From Actinomycetales bacterium UBA1383 (lineage in GTDB: Bacteria > Actinomycetota > Actinomycetes > Actinomycetales > Actinomycetaceae), in contig DBQX01000131.1 of the NCBI GenBank assembly GCA_002305415.1, positions 3,781 through 67,780 of the forward strand: a stretch of DNA of 64,000 bases, written 5' to 3'. The notes beneath the pieces were generated by a model. The model was given only the letters and a program-made list of their open reading frames with translations. It was not told the DNA's origin and ran no database searches. Below, piece after piece: positions 1-9,163 of this stretch (the stretch's first letter is position 1; each line of letters starts with the position of its first letter). The position numbers and the translations under genes were made by a program.

Positions 1-722
1 GCACGGCGCAGCTGGGCGCCCCGCAGCCGAAGTCCGAGGTCCGTGGTCCGCCACATCGCCTCACGGACGATCGCACCGCTCATCTTCGAGGCCCCCCGGG
101 TCCGCTCCACGAAACTGATGGGAACCTCGACCACGCTCCCGCCGGCGGCCACCGTCTGGCGTGTCATCTCGACCTGGAAGTAGTACCCGGACACCCCCAC
201 CGAATCGAAGTCGATCCGCTCGAGGACCTCACGGGTGTACACCCGGAATCCGGCCGTCGCGTCCGCCACGGGCAGGCCGAGCCAGAGGCGGACGTACAGG
301 TTGCCGCCGCGCGAGAGCAGTTCGCGGTGCCGTGGCCAGTTGACGACCTCTCCCCCGGCCACCCACCGCGAGCCGATCACGAGATCCGGCCGGTCCGCGG
401 CGACGGCCCGGGACAGCAGGGAGCCCAGCTGCTCGGGGCGGTGTGAGCCGTCGGCGTCCATCTCCACCAGGTGGGTGTACCCGCGTGCCAGGCCCCAGCG
501 GAACGCGTCGAGGTACGCCCTCCCCAATCCTTCCTTGCCCGCGCGGTGCAGCACGTGCACCCGCGGGTCCCGGGACGCGAGCTGGTCGGCGATCGCGCCG
601 GTGCCGTCCGGGCTGGCGTCGTCGGCGACGAGCACGTCCACATCCAGCGCTCGCACGCGCGTGACGATGTCCGCGATGTTCTCCCGCTCGTTGTAGGTCG
701 GGATCACCACCAGTGCCCTCAT
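1..722 (-). CDS. ppm1: polyprenol-phosphate mannosyltransferase (GT2 family, Ppm1); 3' end runs off the window
   Basis: Reverse translation from the ATG at 722-720 gives MRALVVIPTYNERENIADIVTRVRALDVDVLVADDASPDGTGAIADQLA..., a typical GT2 dolichol/polyprenol-P-mannose synthase N-terminus. I saw no in-frame stop where I checked this frame (window-proximal end). The ATG overlaps the lnt stop (ATGA), as in the conserved actinobacterial lnt-ppm1 pair. It is missing from the ORF track because the window edge truncates it. Confidence 0.85.
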   Translation of the reverse strand, partial: MRALVVIPTYNERENIADIVTRVRALDVDVLVADDASPDGTGAIADQLASRDPRVHVLHRAGKEGLGRAYLDAFRWGLARGYTHLVEMDADGSHRPEQLGSLLSRAVAADRPDLVIGSRWVAGGEVVNWPRHRELLSRGGNLYVRLWLGLPVADATAGFRVYTREVLERIDFDSVGVSGYYFQVEMTRQTVAAGGSVVEVPISFVERTRGASKMSGAIVREAMWRTTDLGLRLRGAQLRR

Positions 723-2245
723 TCGTTCCCCTTCCGGCGGGACGACGGCGTCCCCCTCCTCGCGAGCGCCGCGGCGAGCGCCAGCAGCGCGGCCGCCCAC
801 ACGATCGTACGCGGCGCGTCCCCCAGGCGGTCGGACACGCTCAGGGAGGTCCGCAGCGGGAGGTCCTCCACGCCTACCCACTCCGTGTACAGCTCATCGG
901 TCGAGCGGGCGACGATGGTCCCGTCCGGGAGGAAGAACCCGCTGACACCGACTGTCGAGACCTGCACGGTGGCCCGGCCGTGTTCGACGGCGCGGAACCG
1001 GGAGATCGCCAGCTGCTGGGTGGCCTCCTGCGTGAATCCGAACGAGGCGTTGTTCGTCGGGATGACGAGGAACTCCGCGCCGAGTTGCACCGACTCACGC
1101 AGCAACTCGTGGTAGGCCACCTCGAAGCAGATGCCCACGCCGACGACGACGTCCCGCCCCAGCCGGCCGATGGGTACGTCCATCACACCAGGGTCCTCCC
1201 CCTGCGCCATGTCCACCCCCACGAGGTCGACGGCGGAGGACAGCCGGCGGAAGAAGTCACGATGGGGGATGTACTCCCCGAACGGAACCGGGTGCTGCTT
1301 CGTGTACGAGGCGAAGGCACGGCCGTCCCGCCAGCCGATGTAGTCGTTGTAGCGGGTGTCGGTGGTGTACCGCTGCGTCCCCAGCAGCAACGGCACGCCG
1401 ACCGCGGCCTGGGCTGCGGTGACGTCGGATGCGACCTCGTCATCGGTACGCGGGTCGATGTCGGCGGCGGACTCGGGCCAGAGCACGATGTCGATCTCCT
1501 CGCCCTCCGCGGCCAGGGACTCCGTGAGGGCCCGGTAGTTGGCGGTGATCACGCGCGCCTGCCCGAGCGCCTCCTCGCCGCGCACGGGGACACTACCCTG
1601 CACTGCGGCCACCGTGAGGCGGCCGGACTCGGCCCCGGTCTCGACGGGCACCAGCCCGGCGCCGGCGACCACGGCCGCGGCCGCGACGACGCCGAGGACG
1701 GTCCGCCGCCCCGGGCGGGCGGCGAGTTCGGCGAGCGTCCACCCACCCGCGACGACCACACCGCTCACGAGGACCGTCCCTCCCCACGATGCGAGACGGA
1801 GCAGTGGCCCGTCGCCCTGGGAGAAGGCGAGTGTTCCCCACGGGAACCCGCCGAACGGCACGATCATCCGTGCCTGCTCGAGCCCGACCCAGAGGACGAC
1901 CGCGACGGGAACCCGCCATGCGGGGAGCCGCGCCGCCGCGACGGCGTAGAGCAGGCCGAAGGCGGCAACGAACGCCGCCTGGCTCACCGACAGGGCCACC
2001 CACGGCGGCCACTGGCCCACGGAGTGCAACGACCAGGAGAGCAGCGGCAGGAAGAATCCGAGCCCCCACGTGAGGCCGGCGAGGGCGGCAGTGCCCGGCC
2101 GCACCTCACGCAGGCCGACGCCCAGGAGTGCGACGCCGATGAAGGCCGCCGGCCACCAGGAGTGGTACGGGAAGGCCAGATTGGTCACCAGCCCGCCAGC
2201 GGCCGCGAGCGCGAGCGCGCGGACGGCTGGGCGGGAGGTGGGCAT
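719..2245 (-). CDS. lnt: apolipoprotein N-acyltransferase
   Basis: ORF 719..2707 trimmed to the ATG at 2245 (MPTSRPAVRALALAAAGGLVTNLAFP...). A multi-TM N-terminal half is followed by a CN-hydrolase domain carrying WPESA, TKQHPVPFGEY and GVGICFEVAY (Glu/Lys/Cys triad context). The 154 upstream codons are Arg/Pro-rich and overlap the helY 3' end. Confidence 0.9.
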   Translation of the reverse strand: MPTSRPAVRALALAAAGGLVTNLAFPYHSWWPAAFIGVALLGVGLREVRPGTAALAGLTWGLGFFLPLLSWSLHSVGQWPPWVALSVSQAAFVAAFGLLYAVAAARLPAWRVPVAVVLWVGLEQARMIVPFGGFPWGTLAFSQGDGPLLRLASWGGTVLVSGVVVAGGWTLAELAARPGRRTVLGVVAAAAVVAGAGLVPVETGAESGRLTVAAVQGSVPVRGEEALGQARVITANYRALTESLAAEGEEIDIVLWPESAADIDPRTDDEVASDVTAAQAAVGVPLLLGTQRYTTDTRYNDYIGWRDGRAFASYTKQHPVPFGEYIPHRDFFRRLSSAVDLVGVDMAQGEDPGVMDVPIGRLGRDVVVGVGICFEVAYHELLRESVQLGAEFLVIPTNNASFGFTQEATQQLAISRFRAVEHGRATVQVSTVGVSGFFLPDGTIVARSTDELYTEWVGVEDLPLRTSLSVSDRLGDAPRTIVWAAALLALAAALARRGTPSSRRKGNE

Positions 2246-2283
2246 GCGGTCAAGGGTAGACGGCGGCGTCACGCGACGCAGTC

Positions 2284-4980
2284 CTAGACCGACGAGAGGG
2301 CCACGATGCCGCGGTTGAGTGCGGCGTGCGCGGCACGGGCACGTTGCCGGAGGTGCGGCGGGAGACCGGGGACGTCCGCGAGCTGGCCAAGCACGTCCAG
2401 CACCTGCCGGCTCCACCGCACGAAGTCCCCTGCGGTCAGCTCGTCGTCGGCCAGCACCACGGACAGCGGCTCGCCCGCCGCCCAGCGCTGCAGCGGTCCG
2501 GCGAGGCCGGGGTCGGGCACAGGCGTCCGCTCGATCCCGTGGGCCCGCTCGCCCTCCTCGAGGCGTGACCAGATCCGCTGGGTCGCCTGGATCGCCGTCC
2601 GGAGCGCACTGGAACGTACATCGAGTCGTCCCGGGGCCTCGTTGCGCGACTCGTAGGCGATGAGGCTGACGGCACCGGCGAGTTCGGCGGGCGTGAGGGG
2701 GTTCCACACCCCCTCACGGAGGCACTCGGCCATGAGGAGGTCGCGCTCGGAGTACAGCATGCGGAGGATATCGCCCGCGGGGGTGATGGAATCGTCCGGG
2801 CCGAGGTAGCCGAGCTCCTGGAGGAAGGCACAGATTCGGTCGAACCCGGCGGCGATCGTGCCGGTCCGGTGCGAGATGCGGTCCAGCAGTCCCTCCCGGT
2901 CGGCCACGGCGCGCGCGTACTTGCGTGCCCAGCGCGCGTGCGTCTCCACGTCGGGGCAGGTGTGGCAAGGGTGGGCCCGCAGCCGCGCGCGCAGCCGGTC
3001 GAGATCCTGTCGGTCGTCCGCCGCTGCCACCGGTTCGCGCGGCTTGTCCCGCATGTGGCCCTCGGCGAACGCACGCACCTGCGCGGCCAGGTCGGCCCGG
3101 CCACGCGGTGTGCGGGGGTTGAACCGAGCTGCACCCCGCAGCGTCCCGAGGACGGCCACTCCCCCGAGGTCCGCCCCGTCAAGGCGGCGGTTCCGGGCGT
3201 CCTCGGTGACGACGTCGAGGATGGTGCCGCTGTAGGGCGTCTGCTGCACGGCGTGGACGACGCCGTGGTGCGGCCGCCGGCCGAGCCGGAAGCGGATGAC
3301 GTCGCCGGGTCGCACACGGGCCAGGGCCGTCTCGACGTCCTGCCGAGCGGTCCGCGACCGTTCGGCGGACAGGCGGCGTTCCTCGGCGGTGATGGCCTCG
3401 CGCAGCGACCAGTACTCCGCGAAGTCACCACGCTCGCAGTCGGCCTGACCGCGGAGCCCGGCGATGACCTCCTCCAGCTTCCGCACCTGGCGCGCCAGGC
3501 CGACGACACCCCGGTCCGCCTGGAACTGGGCGAACGAGGTCTGCAGGACCTCCCGTGCCTGGGGGCGATCCATCACCCCGAGCAGGTTGACGCTCATGTT
3601 GTAGGTCGCGCGGAACGCCGACCGCAGGGGATAGGTCCGCTTGGACGCCAGCCCGGCCACGGCCTCCACGTCGACATCCTCGTCATGCACCACGATGGCG
3701 TGGCCCTCGATGTCGATGCCGCGCCGGCCCGCACGTCCGGTCAACTGGGTGTACTCCCCCGGCGTGAGCTTCTGGTGCGAGCTGCCGTCCCACTTGGTCA
3801 GCCGCTCGAGGACGACCGAACGCGCTGGCATGTTGATCCCGAGCGCCAGCGTCTCCGTGGCGTACACCACCTTGAGGAGCCCCAGGGTGAACAGGTGTTC
3901 GATGGTCTCCTTGAACAGGGGAATCAGGCCGGCGTGGTGCGCGGCGACCCCGCGTTCGAGCGCCTGCGACCACCGGAGGAATCCGAGCGTGCCGAGATCC
4001 TCGGGCGCGATGGCCGTGCAGCGCTCCTCCACGAACCGCCGTATCTCGGCAGCCTCCGCATCGGTGGTCAGCCGGAGTCCCGAGGCAACCACCTGGTCCA
4101 CTGCAGCGTCACAGCCTGCCCGGGAGAACACGAAGACGATCGCGGGCAGGAGGCCGTGCCGGTCGAGTTCCGCGACCACCACGGCCCGGGGCGCCCTTCG
4201 CCTGCGGGGCCCGCCACGGCGGGGACCGGACTCGCGGCGCACGGCGGCGAGGAGTTCTGGATTGGTGCGCTCGCGGTTCGTGAGGGTGGGGCTGTACAGG
4301 TCGTAGAGCCGCGCCCCCACCAGGACGTGCTGCCAGAGCGGCACGGGGCGGTGCTCCCACACGATGACCTCGGTGTCCCCCCGGACGAGGGTGAGCCATT
4401 GCCCGAACTCCTCGGCGTTGGACACCGTCGCGGAGAGGGAGATCACCTGGACCCGGGGCGGGAGGTGGATGATGACCTCCTCCCAGACCGGACCGCGGAA
4501 GCGGTCCGCGAGGTAGTGGACCTCGTCCATCACCACGAACTCGAGGGACTCGAGGGACCGCGACTCGTTGTAGAGCATGTTGCGCAGGACCTCGGTCGTC
4601 ATCACCAGCACCGGCGCGTGGGGATTGATGGTGACGTCCCCCGTGAGGAGTCCCACACGCTCGGGCCCGTGCAGGGCGCGGAACTCCGCGTACTTCTGGT
4701 TCGAGAGCGCCTTGATCGGCGTCGTGTACATCACGGTGGTGCCGTGCGCGAGGGCGAGGTGGACCCCGAACTGCCCGATCACCGTCTTGCCGGCTCCGGT
4801 GGGCGCCGCCACCAGCACTCCTCGCCCTTCCTCGAGGGCGGCGCAGGCCTGCTCCTGGAAGGGGTCGAGATCGAACGGGAGGGTGCGCAGGAAGCGGGCG
4901 AGCTCTGTCCTCCCAGCCGCCTGCCGGGCCATGGCCGCGGCGTAGCGTTCAGCCGGGGAGCGCGTGTCGTCGGTCATCAC
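2284..4980 (-). CDS. helY: Ski2-like DEAD/DEAH-box RNA helicase HelY
   Basis: 898-aa ORF with VLVAAPTGAGKT (Walker A), MDEVHYL (DEVH box), ISLSAT and a long C-terminal DSHCT-like region. It sits next to tatC as in other actinobacteria. The first codon is GTG at 4980, and the ATG at 4977 is an equally plausible start. Confidence 0.92.
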   Translation of the reverse strand: MMTDDTRSPAERYAAAMARQAAGRTELARFLRTLPFDLDPFQEQACAALEEGRGVLVAAPTGAGKTVIGQFGVHLALAHGTTVMYTTPIKALSNQKYAEFRALHGPERVGLLTGDVTINPHAPVLVMTTEVLRNMLYNESRSLESLEFVVMDEVHYLADRFRGPVWEEVIIHLPPRVQVISLSATVSNAEEFGQWLTLVRGDTEVIVWEHRPVPLWQHVLVGARLYDLYSPTLTNRERTNPELLAAVRRESGPRRGGPRRRRAPRAVVVAELDRHGLLPAIVFVFSRAGCDAAVDQVVASGLRLTTDAEAAEIRRFVEERCTAIAPEDLGTLGFLRWSQALERGVAAHHAGLIPLFKETIEHLFTLGLLKVVYATETLALGINMPARSVVLERLTKWDGSSHQKLTPGEYTQLTGRAGRRGIDIEGHAIVVHDEDVDVEAVAGLASKRTYPLRSAFRATYNMSVNLLGVMDRPQAREVLQTSFAQFQADRGVVGLARQVRKLEEVIAGLRGQADCERGDFAEYWSLREAITAEERRLSAERSRTARQDVETALARVRPGDVIRFRLGRRPHHGVVHAVQQTPYSGTILDVVTEDARNRRLDGADLGGVAVLGTLRGAARFNPRTPRGRADLAAQVRAFAEGHMRDKPREPVAAADDRQDLDRLRARLRAHPCHTCPDVETHARWARKYARAVADREGLLDRISHRTGTIAAGFDRICAFLQELGYLGPDDSITPAGDILRMLYSERDLLMAECLREGVWNPLTPAELAGAVSLIAYESRNEAPGRLDVRSSALRTAIQATQRIWSRLEEGERAHGIERTPVPDPGLAGPLQRWAAGEPLSVVLADDELTAGDFVRWSRQVLDVLGQLADVPGLPPHLRQRARAAHAALNRGIVALSSV

Positions 4981-5873
4981 GCCGGCCGGAGCACTCGCAC
5001 GGCCGCGGGCACCGCCGTGACGGTCGCGGGCAACTCCCCCACCGGTTCCCCGTCAGCGAACACGCCCCGGGGGACGTCCGCCGAGATCGTGACGCTCGTG
5101 GCGCGCCGCAGTTCCACCTTGGGATGGGTGACATGGGTTCCGGAGTAGATGCGCGGGACCAGCGCCAGCAGGGGCAGGGGGCCGATGTCTCCCCCGATGG
5201 CGACATCGATGAGGCCGTCGTCGGGGCGCGCGGACGGGGCGATGCGCATGCCGCCACCGAACCAGCCTATGTTGGAGGCCGCGACGAGGACCGCGTGTCC
5301 CTCCCAGGACCAGCCGTCGGCCTCCACGCGGTACCGCGGCCGCCGATAGGCGGGCAGCACCCGCATCAGGGCGAGCGGGTAGCGCAGTGAGCCACGCGGC
5401 CAGGGCATCCGGTTGGCGACCTCGTTCACGACGGCGTCGATGCCGCAGCTCGCGGTCCCCATCGCCCACGTCGTCGACGTGGCTGTCTCGATGCGTAGCG
5501 CATCAGTGGCCTCGCCGGCGGGCCGGTGCTCGAGGTGCCGGACGACCAGGTCGACCGCCGCGCGCGGATCGCGCGGCAGGGAGAGCCCCGTTGCGTTGTC
5601 GTTCCCGGATCCGAGGGGCACCACCCCCAGGGCGACGTCCGTCCCGGCGACGGCGTTCACGCCCAGCTGTACGACGCCGTCGCCTCCGACGACCACGAGC
5701 GCGTCAAGGTCCGGCACCTCGGCCCTCGCCTTGGCCAGCGCGCCCGCCGCGTCGAACGCGGTGAGGTCGACCACGGCGTGCCCGTGGTGCTGCAGCTGCC
5801 GCCTGATCCCCGTGTGGAACCGGGCCGCCCGCGCACGACCCGCGGTCGGGTTCACGACGAGTCCCACCCTCAT
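4977..5873 (-). CDS. diacylglycerol/lipid kinase family protein (DAGK catalytic domain)
   Basis: MRVGLVVNPTAGRARA... N-terminus, a VVGGDGVV motif and overall LCB5/YegS-like architecture, 298 aa. Confidence 0.8.
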   Translation of the reverse strand: MRVGLVVNPTAGRARAARFHTGIRRQLQHHGHAVVDLTAFDAAGALAKARAEVPDLDALVVVGGDGVVQLGVNAVAGTDVALGVVPLGSGNDNATGLSLPRDPRAAVDLVVRHLEHRPAGEATDALRIETATSTTWAMGTASCGIDAVVNEVANRMPWPRGSLRYPLALMRVLPAYRRPRYRVEADGWSWEGHAVLVAASNIGWFGGGMRIAPSARPDDGLIDVAIGGDIGPLPLLALVPRIYSGTHVTHPKVELRRATSVTISADVPRGVFADGEPVGELPATVTAVPAAVRVLRPA

Positions 5874-5880
5874 GGCGACC

Positions 5881-6660
5881 TCACGCGATGCCGAGTTCGG
5901 CGTCGCGGGTCGCGCGACGACGGTCGACGCGCTTGTCGTGCAGGATGCAGAGCCACACCGCGAGGTAGTAGAGCGCGGTCATCATGAGGCCGAGGGCGAT
6001 CATCGTCCACGGGTCGGGCAGGGGGTTGGCGAACGCGGCGAAGGTGAACATCAGCACGATCGCCCAGCGCCAGCCACGCTGGAAGGTGCGCCCGCGCACG
6101 AGGCCCATCAGGTTCAGGGCGATCATGACGACCGGGAAGAGGAACGCCACCCCGAACGCGAGGATCAGCCGCATGCTGAACGTCAGGTAGGTGCGGGCGT
6201 CGATGAAGTTCACGGCGGCGTCCGGGGTCACCGACATGAAGATCGCCACGGCGTGGGGCAGCAGGAACCAGCCCATCGCGGCTCCCAGGAGGAACAGCGG
6301 GATGGTCGCGGCCGTGAACCCGACCACGTACTTCTTCTCGTTCCGCTTCAGCCCCGGTGCGAGGAACGCCCACATCTGGTAGAGCCACCAGGGCGAGGTG
6401 ATCAGTGCCCCGAGGAACAGCGAGACACGCATCCGCATGTCGAACGCGGACGCCACGGTCGTGAAGTTGAGGGCCGCCTCACGCCCGGCCTCCTGCATCT
6501 CGCGCACCGGGGCGGCGAGGGAGTTGAAGACCGGATCGAAGAGGAACCAGCCCCCCACCGCACCGAGGAGCAGACCCACCACCACGAGCAGCACCCGGGA
6601 CCGGAACTCCCGGAAGTGCTCCTGGAGGAGCATGCGCCCCTCAGGGTTCTTCCGCGACAT
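5881..6660 (-). CDS. tatC: twin-arginine translocase subunit TatC
   Basis: 259 aa, six predicted TM segments, and a typical TatC N-terminus (MLLQEHFREFRSRVLLVVVGLLLGAVGGWFLFDPVF). It lies directly downstream of tatA. Confidence 0.93.
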   Translation of the reverse strand: MSRKNPEGRMLLQEHFREFRSRVLLVVVGLLLGAVGGWFLFDPVFNSLAAPVREMQEAGREAALNFTTVASAFDMRMRVSLFLGALITSPWWLYQMWAFLAPGLKRNEKKYVVGFTAATIPLFLLGAAMGWFLLPHAVAIFMSVTPDAAVNFIDARTYLTFSMRLILAFGVAFLFPVVMIALNLMGLVRGRTFQRGWRWAIVLMFTFAAFANPLPDPWTMIALGLMMTALYYLAVWLCILHDKRVDRRRATRDAELGIA

Positions 6661-6669
6661 GCCGTGCGG

Positions 6670-6861
6670 TCAGGAGCGGGGAGTCGTGCCCGTGGTGTCC
6701 TGGTCACTCGGAGGGGTGTCCTCCCGGAGTTCCTGGACCTCCTTCTTGAACACCTTCATCGACTTGCCGATGGACGACGCGATGTCGGGCAACCGGTTCG
6801 AGCCGAACACGATCACGATCACGAGCAGGAGCACGATGATGTGCCACACCTGGATTCTCAT
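6670..6861 (-). CDS. tatA: twin-arginine translocase subunit TatA
   Basis: MRIQVWHIIVLLLVIVIVFGSNRLPDIASSIGKSMKVFKKEVQEL is a single TM helix followed by an amphipathic helix, matching the TatA/E signature (FG..(K/R)LP). The ATG at 6861 has GTGAGGTG about 7 nt upstream. The track start (GTG at 6870) is an alternative. Confidence 0.88.
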   Translation of the reverse strand: MRIQVWHIIVLLLVIVIVFGSNRLPDIASSIGKSMKVFKKEVQELREDTPPSDQDTTGTTPRS

Positions 6862-6871
6862 GCTGCGCACC

Positions 6872-7217
6872 TCACGATTGGGGGGACGGGGTCAGGGATG
6901 ACGGGACACGGCCGACGAGGCCGTGGCGTGCCCAGCGATCCACCGCACGCCTGAGTGTCGCCGAGTGGCGCACGTCGCGCGCCATGTGGTTCACCGCCCG
7001 CACCTGGTGTGACCGGGACGCCGTGTCGCTCGCGAAGAGCGTGGGCCGCGCGCGTTCCGGCTCAGCAACGGGGTGGTCGAACGCCTCCGCCGCCCGCTCC
7101 CCCGCCGCGGCGAGGTCCCGGCCGAGTGCCTTGGCGCGGCGCCAGAGGCCCAGGCCGAGCAGCAGCGGCACAACGAGTGCCGCCGCGCCGAGCACGGACC
7201 AGATTGCGAACCACACG
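6872..7217 (-). CDS. hypothetical small membrane protein
   Basis: ORF 6872..7282 trimmed to the GTG at 7217 so that it does not overlap pafC. One clear TM helix (VWFAIWSVLGAAALVVPLLLGLGLW) is followed by a charged soluble tail. I recognise no family. Confidence 0.4.
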
Positions 7218-7220
7218 CCC

Positions 7221-8198
7221 TCAGTGTACGGCGTCGTGGCCGGACTCCCCGGCCCAGTCTCCGTAGGCGGCGACGGCGGCACGTGCGCGTGCCACGAGGT
7301 CCGCCCGCAACGACCGCGGCGCGACCGCCCGTACCTGCTCGCCCAGCGGGAGCAACTGGCGCACGAGCCAGTCCGTGCGGGTGAGGGTGAGGCGCACCTC
7401 GACGCAGGCGACGCCGTCGACCGTCACGTCCCGGATGACCGCGTCCGGGATGTCCTCCGCCATCCAGCGGGCCGACCGGTCGAGCACGAGGGTGACCTCG
7501 ACGGGGTCCGAGGCTGGCGCGGGCCCGGCGCCCGCGTCAGTGGCGGGTTCAGTGGTCCTCGTGATCCGCAGGAAGCGGTCGACCCGGAAGGTGCGCTCCG
7601 CGCCCGACAGCGTGCACCACGCCTCGACATACCACGCGGCGCCGTCGGTGAAGAGCGCGTGCGGGCGGATCACCCGGGAGGAACGGTGGTCCTCCGCGGA
7701 CACGTAGTCGACCTCCAGCCAGCCGTCCGCCTCGATCGCGGCGGTGATGGTCGCGCGCGCAGCCTCCTGGCCGTCCTGCGGCACGGCGACCTCTGCCGGG
7801 ACGAGGCCGTGGAGCTTGCGGGCGACGGACTCGAGGACCTCCGCGGTCCGTCCCGTCGCGGTCCCCGACGCGCGCAGCCACTCCACGGCGGCGCCGAGCG
7901 CGAGCGCCTCCCGGGGGGCGAGAGGAACCGGCCGGTCGAGACCGCGGCCCGCGCGCAGGCTGATCAGGTGCTGTTCCCAGTCGTCCACGGAGAAGTCGAT
8001 GAGGTCGTCGTGGTAGTACCCGGGGGTGCCGCTGACCCAGAGCAGGTCGATGTCCTTCAGGATCTGGCCCTCCGACACCCCGAAGTGCTCCGCCAGTTCC
8101 GCCACCGGCACGCGGTCGTGCTGCGCGAGGTAGTTCATGATCGCAAGGAGCCGGGTGAGCCGGTCTGCGGTCTGCTCAGTGGCCATCGCCCACCTCAA
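7221..8198 (-). CDS. pafC: HTH/WYL-domain transcriptional regulator PafC
   Basis: N-terminal DRLTRLLAIMNYLAQHDRVPVAELAEHFGVSEGQILKDIDLLWVSGTPGYYHDDLIDF matches the PafC pattern (LW.CG.PGY..DLIDF). It lies between pafB and tatA, as in mycobacteria. Confidence 0.85.
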   Translation of the reverse strand: MRWAMATEQTADRLTRLLAIMNYLAQHDRVPVAELAEHFGVSEGQILKDIDLLWVSGTPGYYHDDLIDFSVDDWEQHLISLRAGRGLDRPVPLAPREALALGAAVEWLRASGTATGRTAEVLESVARKLHGLVPAEVAVPQDGQEAARATITAAIEADGWLEVDYVSAEDHRSSRVIRPHALFTDGAAWYVEAWCTLSGAERTFRVDRFLRITRTTEPATDAGAGPAPASDPVEVTLVLDRSARWMAEDIPDAVIRDVTVDGVACVEVRLTLTRTDWLVRQLLPLGEQVRAVAPRSLRADLVARARAAVAAYGDWAGESGHDAVH

Positions 8199-9129
8199 CC
8201 AGCGCGGCCAAGGCGCGCAGGATCCGCTCCCGCTGTTCGGCGGGCGTGAGGAGCACGGCGTCCGGGCCGTAGGCGGCCACCTCGTCGGCGAGCCGGTGTG
8301 GTTCGGTCGTCACCAGTTCGATGACGTCCCGTCCAATGGCGTGGCCCACCACCTGTCCGCGGGCCCGCAGGAGCTGCGCGCGGTCGGGGGCGACGGCGAC
8401 CGTCACGGACTCGGGGGCGGTGGCGGGGCCGTCGAGCAGCGCGCCGACGTCGACATCGGCAGGGACGTCGAAGCTCGCGGGAGGGCCGGCGAGGCGTACC
8501 GTGCCGGCGATCCGGGAGAGCCGGAAGGCGCGCGGGGCGTCCCGGTCGACGTCGTGGCCGACGACGTACCACGCGCGGTTCCGCGCGAGCACCCGCCACG
8601 GCTGGAGCCGACGCCGGGCCTTGGGAGACCGGAGCGGCACGTAGTCGAACGCGACCGGTGTCCGGGTGGCGACCGCCTCCTGCAGCACGTCGAAGGCGCC
8701 TTCGGGAGCACGGAGGGTGAGGGTGACCGGTGGCGGCTCCTCGTGGGTGCCGGGCCCGTGACTGCGGACCTTGGTGACGCCGCGGCCGGCCACCGTCCGC
8801 CACTGCGCGTCGTTGTACACGCGCGCCGCGACTGACAGCACTCCGATCTCCTCCGGCGTGAAGGTCACGGGCGTGAGCGCCCAGGACTCCACGTCGATCC
8901 GGTACCCCACGTCGTCCTCGTGGACGGCGTCGCGTTCCACGATGATGGGGATGCCCATGCCGCGCAGCAGGTCCTTGTCCCGTTCGAAGGTGCGCTCGAA
9001 CGCACGCGCGTCGCCGTGGTAGCCGCGGACGGCGCGACGGATCTGCTGCTTCGACATCCGGGTGCGTGTGTTGAGCAGGGCGATGAGGAGGTCCAGCACG
9101 CGCTCCGCCGCCGACACCTTCTCCTCCAC
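8176..9129 (-). CDS. pafB: HTH/WYL-domain transcriptional regulator PafB
   Basis: ORF 8176..9456 trimmed to the GTG at 9129 (VEEKVSAAERVLDLLIALLNTRTRMSKQQIRRAVRGY...FERTFERDKDLLRGMGIPI), which aligns with PafB N-termini (..ERL.NL..ALL......I....GY....F.R.FERDK..LR..GIP). The upstream 109 codons are low-complexity. Confidence 0.82.
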   Translation of the reverse strand: MEEKVSAAERVLDLLIALLNTRTRMSKQQIRRAVRGYHGDARAFERTFERDKDLLRGMGIPIIVERDAVHEDDVGYRIDVESWALTPVTFTPEEIGVLSVAARVYNDAQWRTVAGRGVTKVRSHGPGTHEEPPPVTLTLRAPEGAFDVLQEAVATRTPVAFDYVPLRSPKARRRLQPWRVLARNRAWYVVGHDVDRDAPRAFRLSRIAGTVRLAGPPASFDVPADVDVGALLDGPATAPESVTVAVAPDRAQLLRARGQVVGHAIGRDVIELVTTEPHRLADEVAAYGPDAVLLTPAEQRERILRALAALVEVGDGH

Positions 9130-9163
9130 ACCGTCAACCGTACCCGCTAGGGTGGGCGCTGTG

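Noticed and set aside
2869-5148. 759-aa plus-strand ORF antisense to helY. Similar long antisense ORFs include 713..2287, 5413..6954, 12735..14474, 14781..16604, 27208..29289, 43688..45283 and 59760..61592.
   Set aside because: The translations are Arg/Gly/Pro/Asp-rich with no recognisable domains. Each lies exactly opposite a gene with strong homology. Long spurious antisense ORFs are expected when stop codons are rare at this GC content.
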